53,073 nt of DNA. Origin: Bdellovibrionota bacterium. GTDB lineage: Bacteria; Bdellovibrionota_C; UBA2361; JBGSMV01. A program made the position numbers and the translations under genes. The notes under the pieces were generated by a model that saw only the letters and a list, made by a program, of their open reading frames with translations, was not told where the DNA came from and searched no databases. Shown here piece by piece: positions 44,160 through 53,073 of this stretch. Numbering within the stretch: the stretch's first letter is position 1; every line of letters starts with the position of its first letter. The DNA is taken from positions 1 to 53,073 of the forward strand of contig JBIKWF010000018.1 in the NCBI GenBank assembly GCA_044356455.1, given 5' to 3'.

Positions 44160-46103
44160 ATGAGCAAGCTTAACTTCACCTCTTGCAAGTTCTTCCGCGC
44201 AGCAATGCACGGCCTGCTTCTCTCTCTCCTCTCTCTCTCGCTAGGCATCCCAAGCGCCTTTGCTGCGACGCAGACCATCGGCGGAACTACTGCGAATGGC
44301 GATATTGAGCTGCAGATTACCGATACAGGCACCATACGGGTTCGCCGGAATGACGACAGCACAGTCAATGACTACTGGTATGCAGGCAACTCTACCGGAA
44401 TTCGGGTCGTGTACAACGATGGAAGCCCGCGAGCTTTCACTAGTAATAGCTTGGTTTTTCCTGACACAGATATGACCCCGGTAAGCAACTCCACCTCGGG
44501 AAACGTGGTGACTACTGTGGTCGATCTAGTGGTTGCCTCAAATTCAATTAGGCTTACGCAGCAAGTGACCCTCAACAATTCGAGCGGAAACTATGCAATT
44601 TCGTGGCAGTTCCAGAATAATTATTCAGGCACCACCATAACAGATTTCCGTTTGTTTTATGGTGGAGATACCACGCTGGCTGGTGATGACAACGGAACAG
44701 GTTTTTATAATGCAGGGACTTCGACGGTTGGGGTAGAGCGCCCCGGTTTTAGTGGGGTCTTCTCAATTCAGGGAGTTACTACGCCTTTTGGCTATGTGGC
44801 GAATGACCTTGGCGAAGTATTTGGAGGAATAAGCGGGGGAGCCTTACCCAACACTATAGCAAGTTCATCGGTCGATATTGGAATGGCGATGGAGTGGCGC
44901 AGCGCTTCGCTTGCTCCTGCGGCTACGCTTACGATCGCTTCCGCAGTTTCTGTAACATTAAGCTCTGCCACTCCAACTCCCACAAATACTCCAACAGCCA
45001 CGGCTACCAGCACTTCTACGAGTACACCGACCAGTACTGCTACGGCGACCCCGACTAGCACAGCAACGGCGACGGCTACAAATACGCCGACGGAGACTCC
45101 CACGAACACGCCCACTGCAACGGCTACTTCGACACCGACTGCAACTCCAACCAGCACTCCTACGGCGACTGCAACCAACACTGCAACGGCGACGGCCACA
45201 AACACGCCGACAGAGACTCCTACAAGTACGCATACGGCGACCCCCACAGCGACAGCAACTTCTACTGCGGAGGCAACAGCGACGACGGCACCAACTGCCA
45301 CGGTTATCTCGGCAACTCCGACAGCAACGCCTGTAAGCGGAACCACCGAAATTAGTGGAAGAATAAATCCTGCGCGTGAGGGCGTCGTGGTTTACCTCTA
45401 CGCCGGCAGCTCAGATCCGCAATCGAGCGCAGTGGTGGGAATTCGGGCGCTATCCGGAGACGCCATAAGTAGCTCGCGTACGGATGTGGATGGTCGCTAT
45501 TCGTTCACGGTGGATGGCGACGCGACTTATCGGGTGGTGCCAAGTTTTACAGGCCTAAGTTTCAATCCCTCCGAAGTTACTATTCCGGCAGGAAGCTCGG
45601 GAACTGATATTCAGGTGTCTGAGGTAGACCTCAACGATGAAGATTGCGAGCGCAGCGATATCTCGGGCATTCTTGTGAGCGCCGACGATCGGGCCGAGAG
45701 CCTGGTAGGGTATGTCACTGGCAGAGCAAGTGCTGCCGAGACGAGAGGCTCTCGAGTGCTTCGCGGAACACCTCGAGCTGAGTTCTTGGTAGACGTGCGC
45801 TCCGCTGCGAGGCGTATGGCGCGCTCCTTTACTGGTGTTCTTGATCAAAGCCAGTCCTATCCAAAGATACGTCTGCAGTGCCCGTCCTCACGAGGTTGTT
45901 CTACGACTGATTTACGGGCGCTTAAGACGCGTTACAGTCGAGGCCTGAATGATCTTAGGCGCGCTGGGCTCTTTATCGAGCGAAAGAGCCGTGATGTGCT
46001 TGGACAGGATGTGGCTGCTATCCAGCGCCGTATTGTGAGCCGGCATGCTGCTGCAATTCGGGCCCTCAATAGGTTGCCTAGGAATACCTCGAGTTGCCAA
46101 TAG
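44160..46103 (+). CDS. Secreted modular protein: beta-rich N-domain, Thr/Pro/Ala linker, carboxypeptidase-regulatory-like domain, shared four-Cys C-terminal domain
   Basis: Signal peptide ending AFA, ~125-aa TPT/TAT repeat, [15 protein letters not shown] motif. The C-terminus aligns with 15302-15745. Confidence 0.82.
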   Translation: MSKLNFTSCKFFRAAMHGLLLSLLSLSLGIPSAFAATQTIGGTTANGDIELQITDTGTIRVRRNDDSTVNDYWYAGNSTGIRVVYNDGSPRAFTSNSLVFPDTDMTPVSNSTSGNVVTTVVDLVVASNSIRLTQQVTLNNSSGNYAISWQFQNNYSGTTITDFRLFYGGDTTLAGDDNGTGFYNAGTSTVGVERPGFSGVFSIQGVTTPFGYVANDLGEVFGGISGGALPNTIASSSVDIGMAMEWRSASLAPAATLTIASAVSVTLSSATPTPTNTPTATATSTSTSTPTSTATATPTSTATATATNTPTETPTNTPTATATSTPTATPTSTPTATATNTATATATNTPTETPTSTHTATPTATATSTAEATATTAPTATVISATPTATPVSGTTEISGRINPAREGVVVYLYAGSSDPQSSAVVGIRALSGDAISSSRTDVDGRYSFTVDGDATYRVVPSFTGLSFNPSEVTIPAGSSGTDIQVSEVDLNDEDCERSDISGILVSADDRAESLVGYVTGRASAAETRGSRVLRGTPRAEFLVDVRSAARRMARSFTGVLDQSQSYPKIRLQCPSSRGCSTTDLRALKTRYSRGLNDLRRAGLFIERKSRDVLGQDVAAIQRRIVSRHAAAIRALNRLPRNTSSCQ

Positions 46104-46109
46104 CTTCCC

Positions 46110-46201
46110 CCTCTGTGGTTGATTTAAATGTTTAAAAAACCACAGAGGACACAGAGTTCACAGAGAAAAAATAAAATATCGAGGTTTTTCAGGGTTCCCT
46201 A
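46110..46201. mobile_element. Truncated MITE-like element, family B (one terminal repeat only)
   Basis: ctctgtggttgatttaaat...accacagaggacacagag...TTTTTCAGGGTTCCC-TA. The terminal CTA is the trmL stop codon. Confidence 0.75.
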
Positions 46202-46666
46202 AGAGTGGGTATGCGATTGGTCGCGTTGCCGAAGTGCTTCATACAGTACCACTGACACGGCATTGCTTAGGTTAAGGCTCCGTACTTCGGGGCACACCAT
46301 TGGTATCTTGAGCCACTGAGCTTCGGGGTAGCGGCTTAGAAACTCATGCCCGAGGCCTGTGGTTTCGCTCCCAAAGACTAGGGCGTCATTCGGCTCAAAT
46401 TTTACGTCATAGTAAATTTTCGTGGCGAATTTGGTGAGTAGCCAAACACGTCCCGGTGCAGCCGTTGCAAGGTAGCTATCCCATGAGTCGTGCCTTGAAA
46501 GCGGCACGTAGGGCCAGTAATCAAGCCCAGCTCTGCGTACGGCCTTTTCAGAGATATCAAACCCGAGAGGCTCAATAAGGTGCAGGGGTGTTTGAGTTGC
46601 AGCGCAGGTGCGGGCAATTGAACCGGTATTTTGAGGAATCTGCGGATTGACGAGAACGACCTGCAT
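46199..46666 (-). CDS. trmL: tRNA (cytidine/uridine34-2'-O)-methyltransferase
   Basis: PQIPQNTGSIARTC, LHLIEPLGF, RRAGLDYW, FGSETTGL, IPM...RSLNLSNAV. Confidence 0.95.
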   Translation of the reverse strand: MQVVLVNPQIPQNTGSIARTCAATQTPLHLIEPLGFDISEKAVRRAGLDYWPYVPLSRHDSWDSYLATAAPGRVWLLTKFATKIYYDVKFEPNDALVFGSETTGLGHEFLSRYPEAQWLKIPMVCPEVRSLNLSNAVSVVLYEALRQRDQSHTHS

Positions 46667-46923
46667 ATCGATAAGCCCCACATAGTGGGCGGTATAAAAT
46701 AGTGGAGGTCATCCTTAGCAGAAACCCCGCCCCTAATGCCACTCAAGTGCTGTCCAGTGGGGCAGCTCCCTGCCTCAGTGGGTTTCTTGGTGGAGCCGGG
46801 TTTCGAAGGGTAGGGGATAGGCTCTTTCTCATACAAAACGCCCTAATTTCTTGGTCCCTCGCTTGATTTCTTTTGGCACTCATGTGAATGACTTCAGGTA
46901 TTTGCAATTGCGGCAGTATCTCT

Positions 46924-47757
46924 ATGTTAAATGCAACGCTCGTAAATCGAATTGAAGTCACCTCAGAGCTTGTCAGAGTCTTCGTGAAACCTGACGTGCC
47001 GTTTTCTTCCTTTCTCCCGGGGCAATACGTCGCCTTGGGACTTCCAGGCTCTGCTCCTCGATTTCCTGGATATCCTTCAGAGGAGCACCCTCAAGCGGGC
47101 GATAAGGTTATTAAGCGCGCTTACTCAATTGGGTCCTCGCCTGCTGAGCCAGAGGTCTTAGAGTTTTACATTGCGCTTCTGCCTCAAGGGGCTCTTACGG
47201 CTCGACTTGCCAATCTTAAGGTAGGGGATAGGCTTTTCTGCGCAACCAAAATTACGGGCACGTTTACTCTTGAAGGAGTTCCTGAGAGCGCGAACCTTGT
47301 GCTTGTGTCAACGGGCACAGGACTTGCGCCTTTCATGTCCATGATGAGGACTCCCTCTACTTGGGGTACGGCGGGAAATTCGCCTGGGAGATCTATTACG
47401 GTCCTGCATGGAGTGCGCTACCCTCAAGATCTTGCCTACCGCGACGAGATTGAAGCACTTGCTCAGAAGCATGGGAACGTAAGGTACTTACCCATGGTCA
47501 GTCGCGGGGGGGCATCATGGAAGGGCGCCAGCGGACATGTTCAGAGCTTCTTCAAGGATGGCACGGTAAAATTAGATGCGTCCCGTGACCATGTATTTTT
47601 GTGCGGGAACCCAGCTATGATTGATGAAATGGAGTTGCTACTCACCGGCAGCGTTTCTGAGGGTGGGCATGGCGGGGAGAGTCAGGCGGGTGGGCTCGGC
47701 TATAGAGTGCACTCCAAGAAAAATCCTGGTAACCTTCATTTAGAAAGATATTGGTAA
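46924..47757 (+). CDS. fpr: Ferredoxin--NADP(+) reductase, bacterial type
   Basis: PGQYVALGL, RAYSIGS, STGTGLAPFMSM, HGVR, LCGNPAMI, C-terminal ERYW. Confidence 0.92.
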   Translation: MLNATLVNRIEVTSELVRVFVKPDVPFSSFLPGQYVALGLPGSAPRFPGYPSEEHPQAGDKVIKRAYSIGSSPAEPEVLEFYIALLPQGALTARLANLKVGDRLFCATKITGTFTLEGVPESANLVLVSTGTGLAPFMSMMRTPSTWGTAGNSPGRSITVLHGVRYPQDLAYRDEIEALAQKHGNVRYLPMVSRGGASWKGASGHVQSFFKDGTVKLDASRDHVFLCGNPAMIDEMELLLTGSVSEGGHGGESQAGGLGYRVHSKKNPGNLHLERYW

Positions 47758-47769
47758 TAGGATTTCCAC

Positions 47770-48180
47770 ATGGAACCTAATTTCATCGACGGTGTTGTTG
47801 CGAAGATTCGCGCCAAGAACCGCGAGGACTATGAGCAAGTGGTGTTCTCTGCCATCACGGATCTCAGAATCTGGGTGCAGGAGAATGCTGAGAAAGCAGC
47901 ACTTGCATTTCTTGCGGTGGGGTTTCTCATCCCCTTTCTCTTTCAGTTCCTGCTCTTGATGCTTGGCCTTGCCGCTTTGGTGGGCTTTGTCATTTGGACT
48001 GTCGCTCTTCCCGCAAATGGAGTCTCTAGCAGCAATCTTGAACAGGGGGGCGGTCGATCTCAGGAGTCCGATAGCTTAGGTGCGGAAGTTCAGATATCCC
48101 AGGGCAGTTCTTCCTATGATGCCGGCCTCAACGCTTCGGGGGGACAGGATTCGGCGTCGCAGGGTAGTGGCAATAACTAG
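47770..48180 (+). CDS. Hypothetical membrane protein
   Basis: Hydrophobic hairpin and Ser/Gly-rich tail. AGGA RBS directly after fpr. Confidence 0.65.
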   Translation: MEPNFIDGVVAKIRAKNREDYEQVVFSAITDLRIWVQENAEKAALAFLAVGFLIPFLFQFLLLMLGLAALVGFVIWTVALPANGVSSSNLEQGGGRSQESDSLGAEVQISQGSSSYDAGLNASGGQDSASQGSGNN

Positions 48181-48195
48181 CGAAGCGCTGAGAAG

Positions 48196-48306
48196 GTCCT
48201 CTTTCGTGGTCTTAGTGGTGCAGACGGGAAATGGTAACTACTTAAATGCACGCGCTCACCACGAAGACCACAAAGTTAAGATGTGGGGTTTTTCAGAGGT
48301 CCCCTA
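48196..48306. repeat. Degenerate family-B-related element (periodic palindrome plus one terminal repeat)
   Basis: ctttcgtggtcttagtggtg...caccacgaagaccacaaag, ending TTTTTCAGAGGTCCCC-TA. Confidence 0.65.
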
Positions 48307-48420
48307 GGAGTCTGTCCCGTAGAAAAATTCTACCACTACATGTTTTGGTGGCAACGGGACAGCCCCCCTACGGATTGTGTCCAAAATGAGGATTTATGTT
48401 TCTACGGGACACACTCCTAG
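48304..48420. mobile_element. Second MITE-like family with 22-bp terminal inverted repeats
   Basis: CTAGGAGTCTGTCCCGTAGAAA ... TTTCTACGGGACACACTCCTAG (one mismatch). An extra degenerate end lies inside at 48354-48370. Confidence 0.8.
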
Positions 48421-48644
48421 TTGCCCTTTGGCACTTTCATTCGATAGTGCGGTAGCCCCCGAATGCCCATTCTTCCCACGCGACTTCTGCTCGCGCAAAT
48501 TCTCAAATTCAGCATCATATTAAGAAGTTGGCATATCCGTCCGATTTCTAGGCCTTAGGTCGGCATTGGCGCCAGGGGTTTAGGTCTCTAGGAATTCTGC
48601 CGACCCTTTAGTTGCATGCAACATTCGGTGGTTCAGAAGGAAAC

Positions 48645-49031
48645 ATGATTACTACTCGTTTTCTTGAAATTGCTGAGGATCTTGAGCTCGCGGGGTTAAT
48701 TTGGCAGCCCGAAATCGGCGACGAGATTGCCAAGCGTGAAGAAAAGAAGGCTATTCAAATTTTGGTCGATCCCCAAGGGATGACCCCTGATGAGCTTCGC
48801 CTTACCTATCTCTGGCTTCCATCCGTTGAGCAAATACTTTTGCAGTTTGAGGCACGGCAGACCGTCTTACAGCACGCCGGGCTCGAGTTAAGTGAGAAGG
48901 CGCTCTTTTACCGCACCGTTCTCGTGACTCCTGGGGGGCCGATTGAGTCTCGTGGGGATTCTTTACGGCATTCAATGGGTATGGCGCTTCGAAACCTTCT
49001 CCTTGCCCATGCGCCTCAGGCCATAAACTAG
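48645..49031 (+). CDS. Conserved hypothetical protein
   Basis: AGLIWQPEIGD and WLPSVEQIL motifs. AAGGA RBS. Confidence 0.7.
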   Translation: MITTRFLEIAEDLELAGLIWQPEIGDEIAKREEKKAIQILVDPQGMTPDELRLTYLWLPSVEQILLQFEARQTVLQHAGLELSEKALFYRTVLVTPGGPIESRGDSLRHSMGMALRNLLLAHAPQAIN

Positions 49032-49154
49032 GGGATCTCTGAAAAAGTCCGCTCTGTGAACTCTGTGGTTGATTTAAATTATTGAAAAACCACAGAGGAC
49101 ACAGAGTTCACAGAGAGAAAAAATAAAATAGCGATGTTTTTCAGAGGTTCGCTA
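49029..49154. mobile_element. MITE-like element, family B, between two convergent stop codons
   Basis: TA-GGGGATCTCTGAAAAA ... TTTTTCAGAGGTTCGC-TA, with CTAG at both junctions. Confidence 0.82.
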
Positions 49155-49808
49155 GCCCTCGGACTCCTCTGATTTCTGCCTCAATTCGTTTTCACCTTCT
49201 TGCACCCGCTCCTCGGCTTGGCGCTTTTTCCGGCGCGAATGCCAAAGGTATACAAGAAGAAGAAGTATCGAGAGTATGAGGACAATGTTCTTGGTGCGTG
49301 TTACGCCCTCAAGCAGGGTGTCGATATGTTGAGCAGCAAGATACCCGAGCCCTACCATAAGCGGAATGCTTATGAGAGCCGCAAACATATCGGCCACGAT
49401 AAAGCGATAGGGACTCATTCTCACCGCGCCGCACGTTAAGAACGTGGCGGTGCGCAGGTAAAATAAGTGCCGGGCGATGAGAATCATGAGCAAGCTGCGC
49501 CGCTCTAGATTGAAGCGGACTTTGCGAACTTTGGAGGGCGTAAAGCGGCGCTTAAACCAGCTCTTTTGAAATAGGGACGGTCCAAAATAGCGCCCTACAA
49601 AAAATATAATGAGGTCTCCGAGCACTACTCCCAGGTATGAAATGGCGAGCACAAGTTCCAGCTGAGCTTGACCGGTATGAACAACTACGCCGCCAAGAAT
49701 TAGGGGCAAGTCTTCTGGTATCGGAAGGCCCACCGCCCCGCCGAGCAACATCAGAAAAAGGACCGCGTAAAGGACGGGGCCATTCTGCAGGAGGAACCAC
49801 TCGCTCAT
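49152..49808 (-). CDS. DedA family membrane protein
   Basis: GLPIPEDLPLILGG, GVVLGDLIIFFVGRYFG, ARHLFYLR, GAVRM..RF. Confidence 0.9.
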   Translation of the reverse strand: MSEWFLLQNGPVLYAVLFLMLLGGAVGLPIPEDLPLILGGVVVHTGQAQLELVLAISYLGVVLGDLIIFFVGRYFGPSLFQKSWFKRRFTPSKVRKVRFNLERRSLLMILIARHLFYLRTATFLTCGAVRMSPYRFIVADMFAALISIPLMVGLGYLAAQHIDTLLEGVTRTKNIVLILSILLLLVYLWHSRRKKRQAEERVQEGENELRQKSEESEG

Positions 49809-49918
49809 AGTGCCTTTAAGAAGCTGCCGTAGGTGTGCCTTGCGTCTATGAGAACTCTTGTTTTGCGGAAGCTGAGCCGCGCATTTCCAGTGGCCATAGG
49901 GAGTAAAAAGGGATCGCG

Positions 49919-50314
49919 TTAGGCGCCGAGAACTAATTCGACACCGTACATAAGCTGCTGGCGAGTGAATGGCTTGGTGATGTAGTAGTCAGCGCCGACA
50001 TTATAACCTGCTAGAATGTCTTCTGCCTTATCCTCGCCGGTGAGCATAAGAACAGGAATGGATTGTGTGCGGGGCTGGAGTTTTAGTCTGGTAAGTACGT
50101 CAAGGCCGTTCATTCCGGGCATAACGACGTCAAGAACGATAAAGTCAAATCCAACCGGCGTTGGTTCCTGATCAATAAGTTTAAGGCATTGCTCTCCGTC
50201 TTCAGCCACAACTACCGTGTGCCCTTCGCCTTCAAGAATCGCTTGAACAAGGCTCCGAATAGTAGGGTCGTCGTCCACGATGAGAACGCGTTTGGGTGAG
50301 ATTGCCTTAGTCAT
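49919..50314 (-). CDS. Single-domain response regulator
   Basis: VLIVDDD, LDVVMPGMNG, MLTG, YITKPF. Confidence 0.92.
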   Translation of the reverse strand: MTKAISPKRVLIVDDDPTIRSLVQAILEGEGHTVVVAEDGEQCLKLIDQEPTPVGFDFIVLDVVMPGMNGLDVLTRLKLQPRTQSIPVLMLTGEDKAEDILAGYNVGADYYITKPFTRQQLMYGVELVLGA

Positions 50315-50566
50315 AGGCCAGTTCCTACAGGTAAATCAGGTCATGCGTGAGGCGCAAACTCTGCGCTTAAAAAGTCCGCGGGCGGCAACATGAAACCAGG
50401 CCTTCGGGCGCATGGTTCACGTAACGTTCAGTCTTCGTAATACTGCCCTGAGGCATTAATGCATGCAAGGAGCCAGGTGCCTTTAAGCGCCCCTTGTGTT
50501 CCTCGCGTCCTCTCTGGGGAGCTTCTATCTCTCTTTGGGCCCTTTCCAGTTTGTGAGGCATTACCT

Positions 50567-52108
50567 CTAGGAGTGGAGCGAAATAGAGCGATCGAGCAAT
50601 TCAGCGAGGATTCCGATAGCCGCCTGCTCGCGCTGAGTGAGTTCCCCCTGAGACGCGACGCGATCTCCATAGATAATGCCGACACAGCGCTGGCCAAAGC
50701 CAATCGGAGTAACCGCGAACGGCCAGCCACCTTCAAGGATAGGGTCGCCAATAAAAACTGGCCGAGATTCCTTGATGGCGCGGGCATCCGCTGCACTTGG
50801 TGATGCTTCCGCCCCAAGGGGGCGCACAATCGATTTGGGGTCCACCGCACCCGTGTCACCCAGGCCTAGCCGGCCCATGAGTTTGGTTTTGCTGGGCGCC
50901 ATGAGGAGTAGGAGAACTCGGTCGAACTTGAGACCAAATGCAAGGGTCTCCATGACGCTGGTGATAATTGAAGAAGTCGGTTCGCGCGCCTCAACTGCCT
51001 GCCGAATTTCAGCCACGTATTGATTGTATTGAGCTTCCTGATCCGAAATAGGAGCGGCAGCCTTTTCGGGGCTTCCTAGCGCAGTTTCTGGAGACGCATA
51101 CGTTTCAATGAATTCTGGCAGCGAGGGTAGCTGCAGATCCAGCGAAAGGCAGTGATCTTTAAAAAGTGTGGGGAGCTCTCCCACGAGCTTGCCGAGTGCC
51201 TTGCTCTCTAGGCCCGTAGTCGCCTTCACCTCTGCGAGTACCGCATCAAGTTCTTGACGAGTTTTGCCTGAGACCAGGGCTGCGGAGATTTGGGCCGAGC
51301 CACTCACGGCCTTGGCAATTGCAACAACCGAGGCGGTGGGGTGTAGCCCCGGCGTCCCTGCTGCGCCAGCTTTTAGGGCAGGTTCTTTAAACCCTGCGTC
51401 TGCGACTGCGAGCAGATCCTTGTAAAAGGATGGGAGATTAAGTGCGTCAACTACCTCCATGCTCAGTTGATAGGGCGACAGGCCGGTAAGTTCCTTGATG
51501 CCTTGCGCAACCGATAGGCGCTTGCTCTCAGCCCGGCGCACCGCAGCATCGTAAAGCTGGGGAAAATAAAAGGCGAGAAGCAGAGTGCCGAGCTCAGCAA
51601 ATGAGCCCGCCAGATAGCCAAATTCATCGTTTTTCCCACGTCCTGTGGGGGCAGAGGGAGCGGTTTGCTGGCTTAGAGAACTCGCAAGCAATGAGGTTAA
51701 TACGGTTTTGCGTAAGCAGTTTGCAAATGAACCGCCTTGTCGAGCCGTGGGTACAAATTTTTGCAGCAGCACAAGCCCAGAGCACATTTCGGCAAGCGGC
51801 CGCATACCAATTTGCACTACGGCCTGGCTTACGGTCATGATGGGCTTGGCGCGCCTATAAAAGCTACTGTTTACAAGATGAAGCACGCGAGTGCCAAGCG
51901 AAGGCTCGCGCAAGATTACCTCGGTAATTTGATTCGCGGTCGTCTTGGGATCGTTGGTAAGTTGACGAAGTTCGGAAACTACTTTCGCGCTCGCCGGAAA
52001 ATCTCCATCCTTCGCAAGAGCAGAGCGAAGTCTGGTGATAAGTTCGTCAGGGGTCAGCCCGCCGGGGGCGACACCTTTACCTTCTGCGTTGTTCTTTGAG
52101 TCGGGCAT
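50567..52108 (-). CDS. HDOD domain protein with C-terminal GAF-like domain
   Basis: EPSLGTRVLHLVNSSFY, VSQAVVQIG, GYLAGSFAELG (HD replaced), and C-terminal FDRVLLLL...VGIIYGDR. Confidence 0.85.
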   Translation of the reverse strand: MPDSKNNAEGKGVAPGGLTPDELITRLRSALAKDGDFPASAKVVSELRQLTNDPKTTANQITEVILREPSLGTRVLHLVNSSFYRRAKPIMTVSQAVVQIGMRPLAEMCSGLVLLQKFVPTARQGGSFANCLRKTVLTSLLASSLSQQTAPSAPTGRGKNDEFGYLAGSFAELGTLLLAFYFPQLYDAAVRRAESKRLSVAQGIKELTGLSPYQLSMEVVDALNLPSFYKDLLAVADAGFKEPALKAGAAGTPGLHPTASVVAIAKAVSGSAQISAALVSGKTRQELDAVLAEVKATTGLESKALGKLVGELPTLFKDHCLSLDLQLPSLPEFIETYASPETALGSPEKAAAPISDQEAQYNQYVAEIRQAVEAREPTSSIITSVMETLAFGLKFDRVLLLLMAPSKTKLMGRLGLGDTGAVDPKSIVRPLGAEASPSAADARAIKESRPVFIGDPILEGGWPFAVTPIGFGQRCVGIIYGDRVASQGELTQREQAAIGILAELLDRSISLHS

Positions 52109-52276
52109 GGAGTTAATCTCTTAAGTGTCTCTATTTTGACCTGGCTTTGGTCTCGCTGTCGAGCGCTTTAGTGAAGGGAAAGAATCTGACTGAATGCCGG
52201 CCTAGGAGCTCCGAGAGCCCCGAAAGAGCAGGAGGGCGGCATCGAAAGGGGGCGCTCACGGTATCGTACCTTGCGG

Positions 52277-53073
52277 TTAGGCTTTCCCGCGCATGGCAAA
52301 GCTTAACGTGAGTTGTCTCACGTTCTTTACCACTTCCGCCGGTTTAAAGGGTTTCGGGAGGAATACGGAAGCTCCTGCATCCAAGGCTGCTTCGCGGTCC
52401 CCCTCGAAAGCGCACGCGCTAAGGACAATTATTGGGAGATGTGCGAGGTCTCCGCCCCCGCTGCGAACGCGTTGTATAAGCGACAAACCACTTTCTCCCG
52501 GCATCGCAAGGTCCGTAAGTATGATGTCCGGGGGGGAGGCTTGAAGAGCGCTTAGGCCTTCCTGTACCGAATGAGCCGTCGTGACGGAAGCGCCCGCCGC
52601 TAGAAGCACATGACGCAGGACTTCGCAGGTGTCTGTGTTATCGTCCACCACGAGCGTGGAGAGCCCATCCAGCCGAGCTTTGTAATCGGGAACATTCTCA
52701 GCGGGAGCAGCAACCTGCGCATTCTGTTCGCTCGCAATCGGCATCATTACCCAGAACACAGAGCCTCGTCCCTCGGTACTCTCGACTCCTATGCGACCCC
52801 CATTTAGCTCCACGAGGTGTCGAGTAAGATTGAGTCCGATGCCTGTCCCTTCTTGGCTCTTGCTGTAGGCGTCTTCTCCGCGTTCAAAACGTTCAAAGAG
52901 CTTGGCCAGCTTTGCAGGCGGGATTCCGACGCCACTGTCGTGAACATTGATGCGCAGTTTGTCGCCAACCTCTTCCGCAGTGAGCCAGACCTTGCCCCCT
53001 CGGGGCGTGTATTTCACGGCGTTCGAGAGCAGGTTGATTATTATCTGATGTACGTGTTTTGCATCGACCCAAA
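52277..53073 (-). CDS. Hybrid histidine kinase (HATPase_c plus REC), 5' end outside the window
   Basis: The frame is open to the window edge (WVDAKHVHQIIINLLSNAVKYT). DSGVGI, GTGIGL, C-terminal REC (VVDDN, TDLAMP, KPF). Confidence 0.92.
   Translation of the reverse strand, partial: WVDAKHVHQIIINLLSNAVKYTPRGGKVWLTAEEVGDKLRINVHDSGVGIPPAKLAKLFERFERGEDAYSKSQEGTGIGLNLTRHLVELNGGRIGVESTEGRGSVFWVMMPIASEQNAQVAAPAENVPDYKARLDGLSTLVVDDNTDTCEVLRHVLLAAGASVTTAHSVQEGLSALQASPPDIILTDLAMPGESGLSLIQRVRSGGGDLAHLPIIVLSACAFEGDREAALDAGASVFLPKPFKPAEVVKNVRQLTLSFAMRGKA

Noticed and set aside
44792..45346. 184-aa Val/Ala/Gly-rich minus-strand ORF
   Set aside because: Antisense shadow of the Thr/Pro linker in 44160..46103.
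50367..50561. 64-aa ORF between the HDOD and receiver genes
   Set aside because: No recognisable motif or clear RBS, so it is unsupported.

Overview
A 53-kb, gene-dense, moderately GC-rich bacterial chromosomal window. The gene content looks Gram-negative and deltaproteobacterial/Bdellovibrionota-like, which is inference only. Housekeeping and metabolic genes: rpsP, trmD, a SPOUT methyltransferase, trmL, rdgB, uppP, ppdK with its kinase/pyrophosphorylase regulator, an acyl-CoA synthetase, ridA, a ferredoxin-NADP reductase, an FAH-family hydrolase, tldD plus a tldE-like partner, and tRNA-Val(CAC). Transport and signalling genes: a zinc-uptake locus (outer-membrane protein, ZnuA-like, ZnuB-like, no ATPase, His-rich MerC-like protein, TonB-like protein) with two matching Zur-like operators; phoB, a PhoR-like kinase with no membrane anchor, and phoU; an orphan GspE/PilB ATPase; two ArnT-like GT-C transferases; and an HK-REC / HDOD-GAF / REC cluster. 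Intergenic DNA carries several small repeat families: GTAG-tagged REP doublets, MITE-like elements with TA ends that often coincide with stop codons, 9-bp-periodic palindromes, and a tRNA 3'-end duplication. I found no transposase, integrase, prophage or CRISPR. The strongest novelty candidates are (1) a ~150-aa, four-Cys, internally duplicated C-terminal domain shared by two otherwise unrelated secreted proteins 30 kb apart, possibly a new sorting or anchoring domain; (2) a divergent pair of atypical sigma-28/sigma-B-like factors with a coupled FlgM-like small protein; and (3) the ATPase-less, Zur-boxed metal-uptake module. All calls are from motif recognition by eye; no searches were run.
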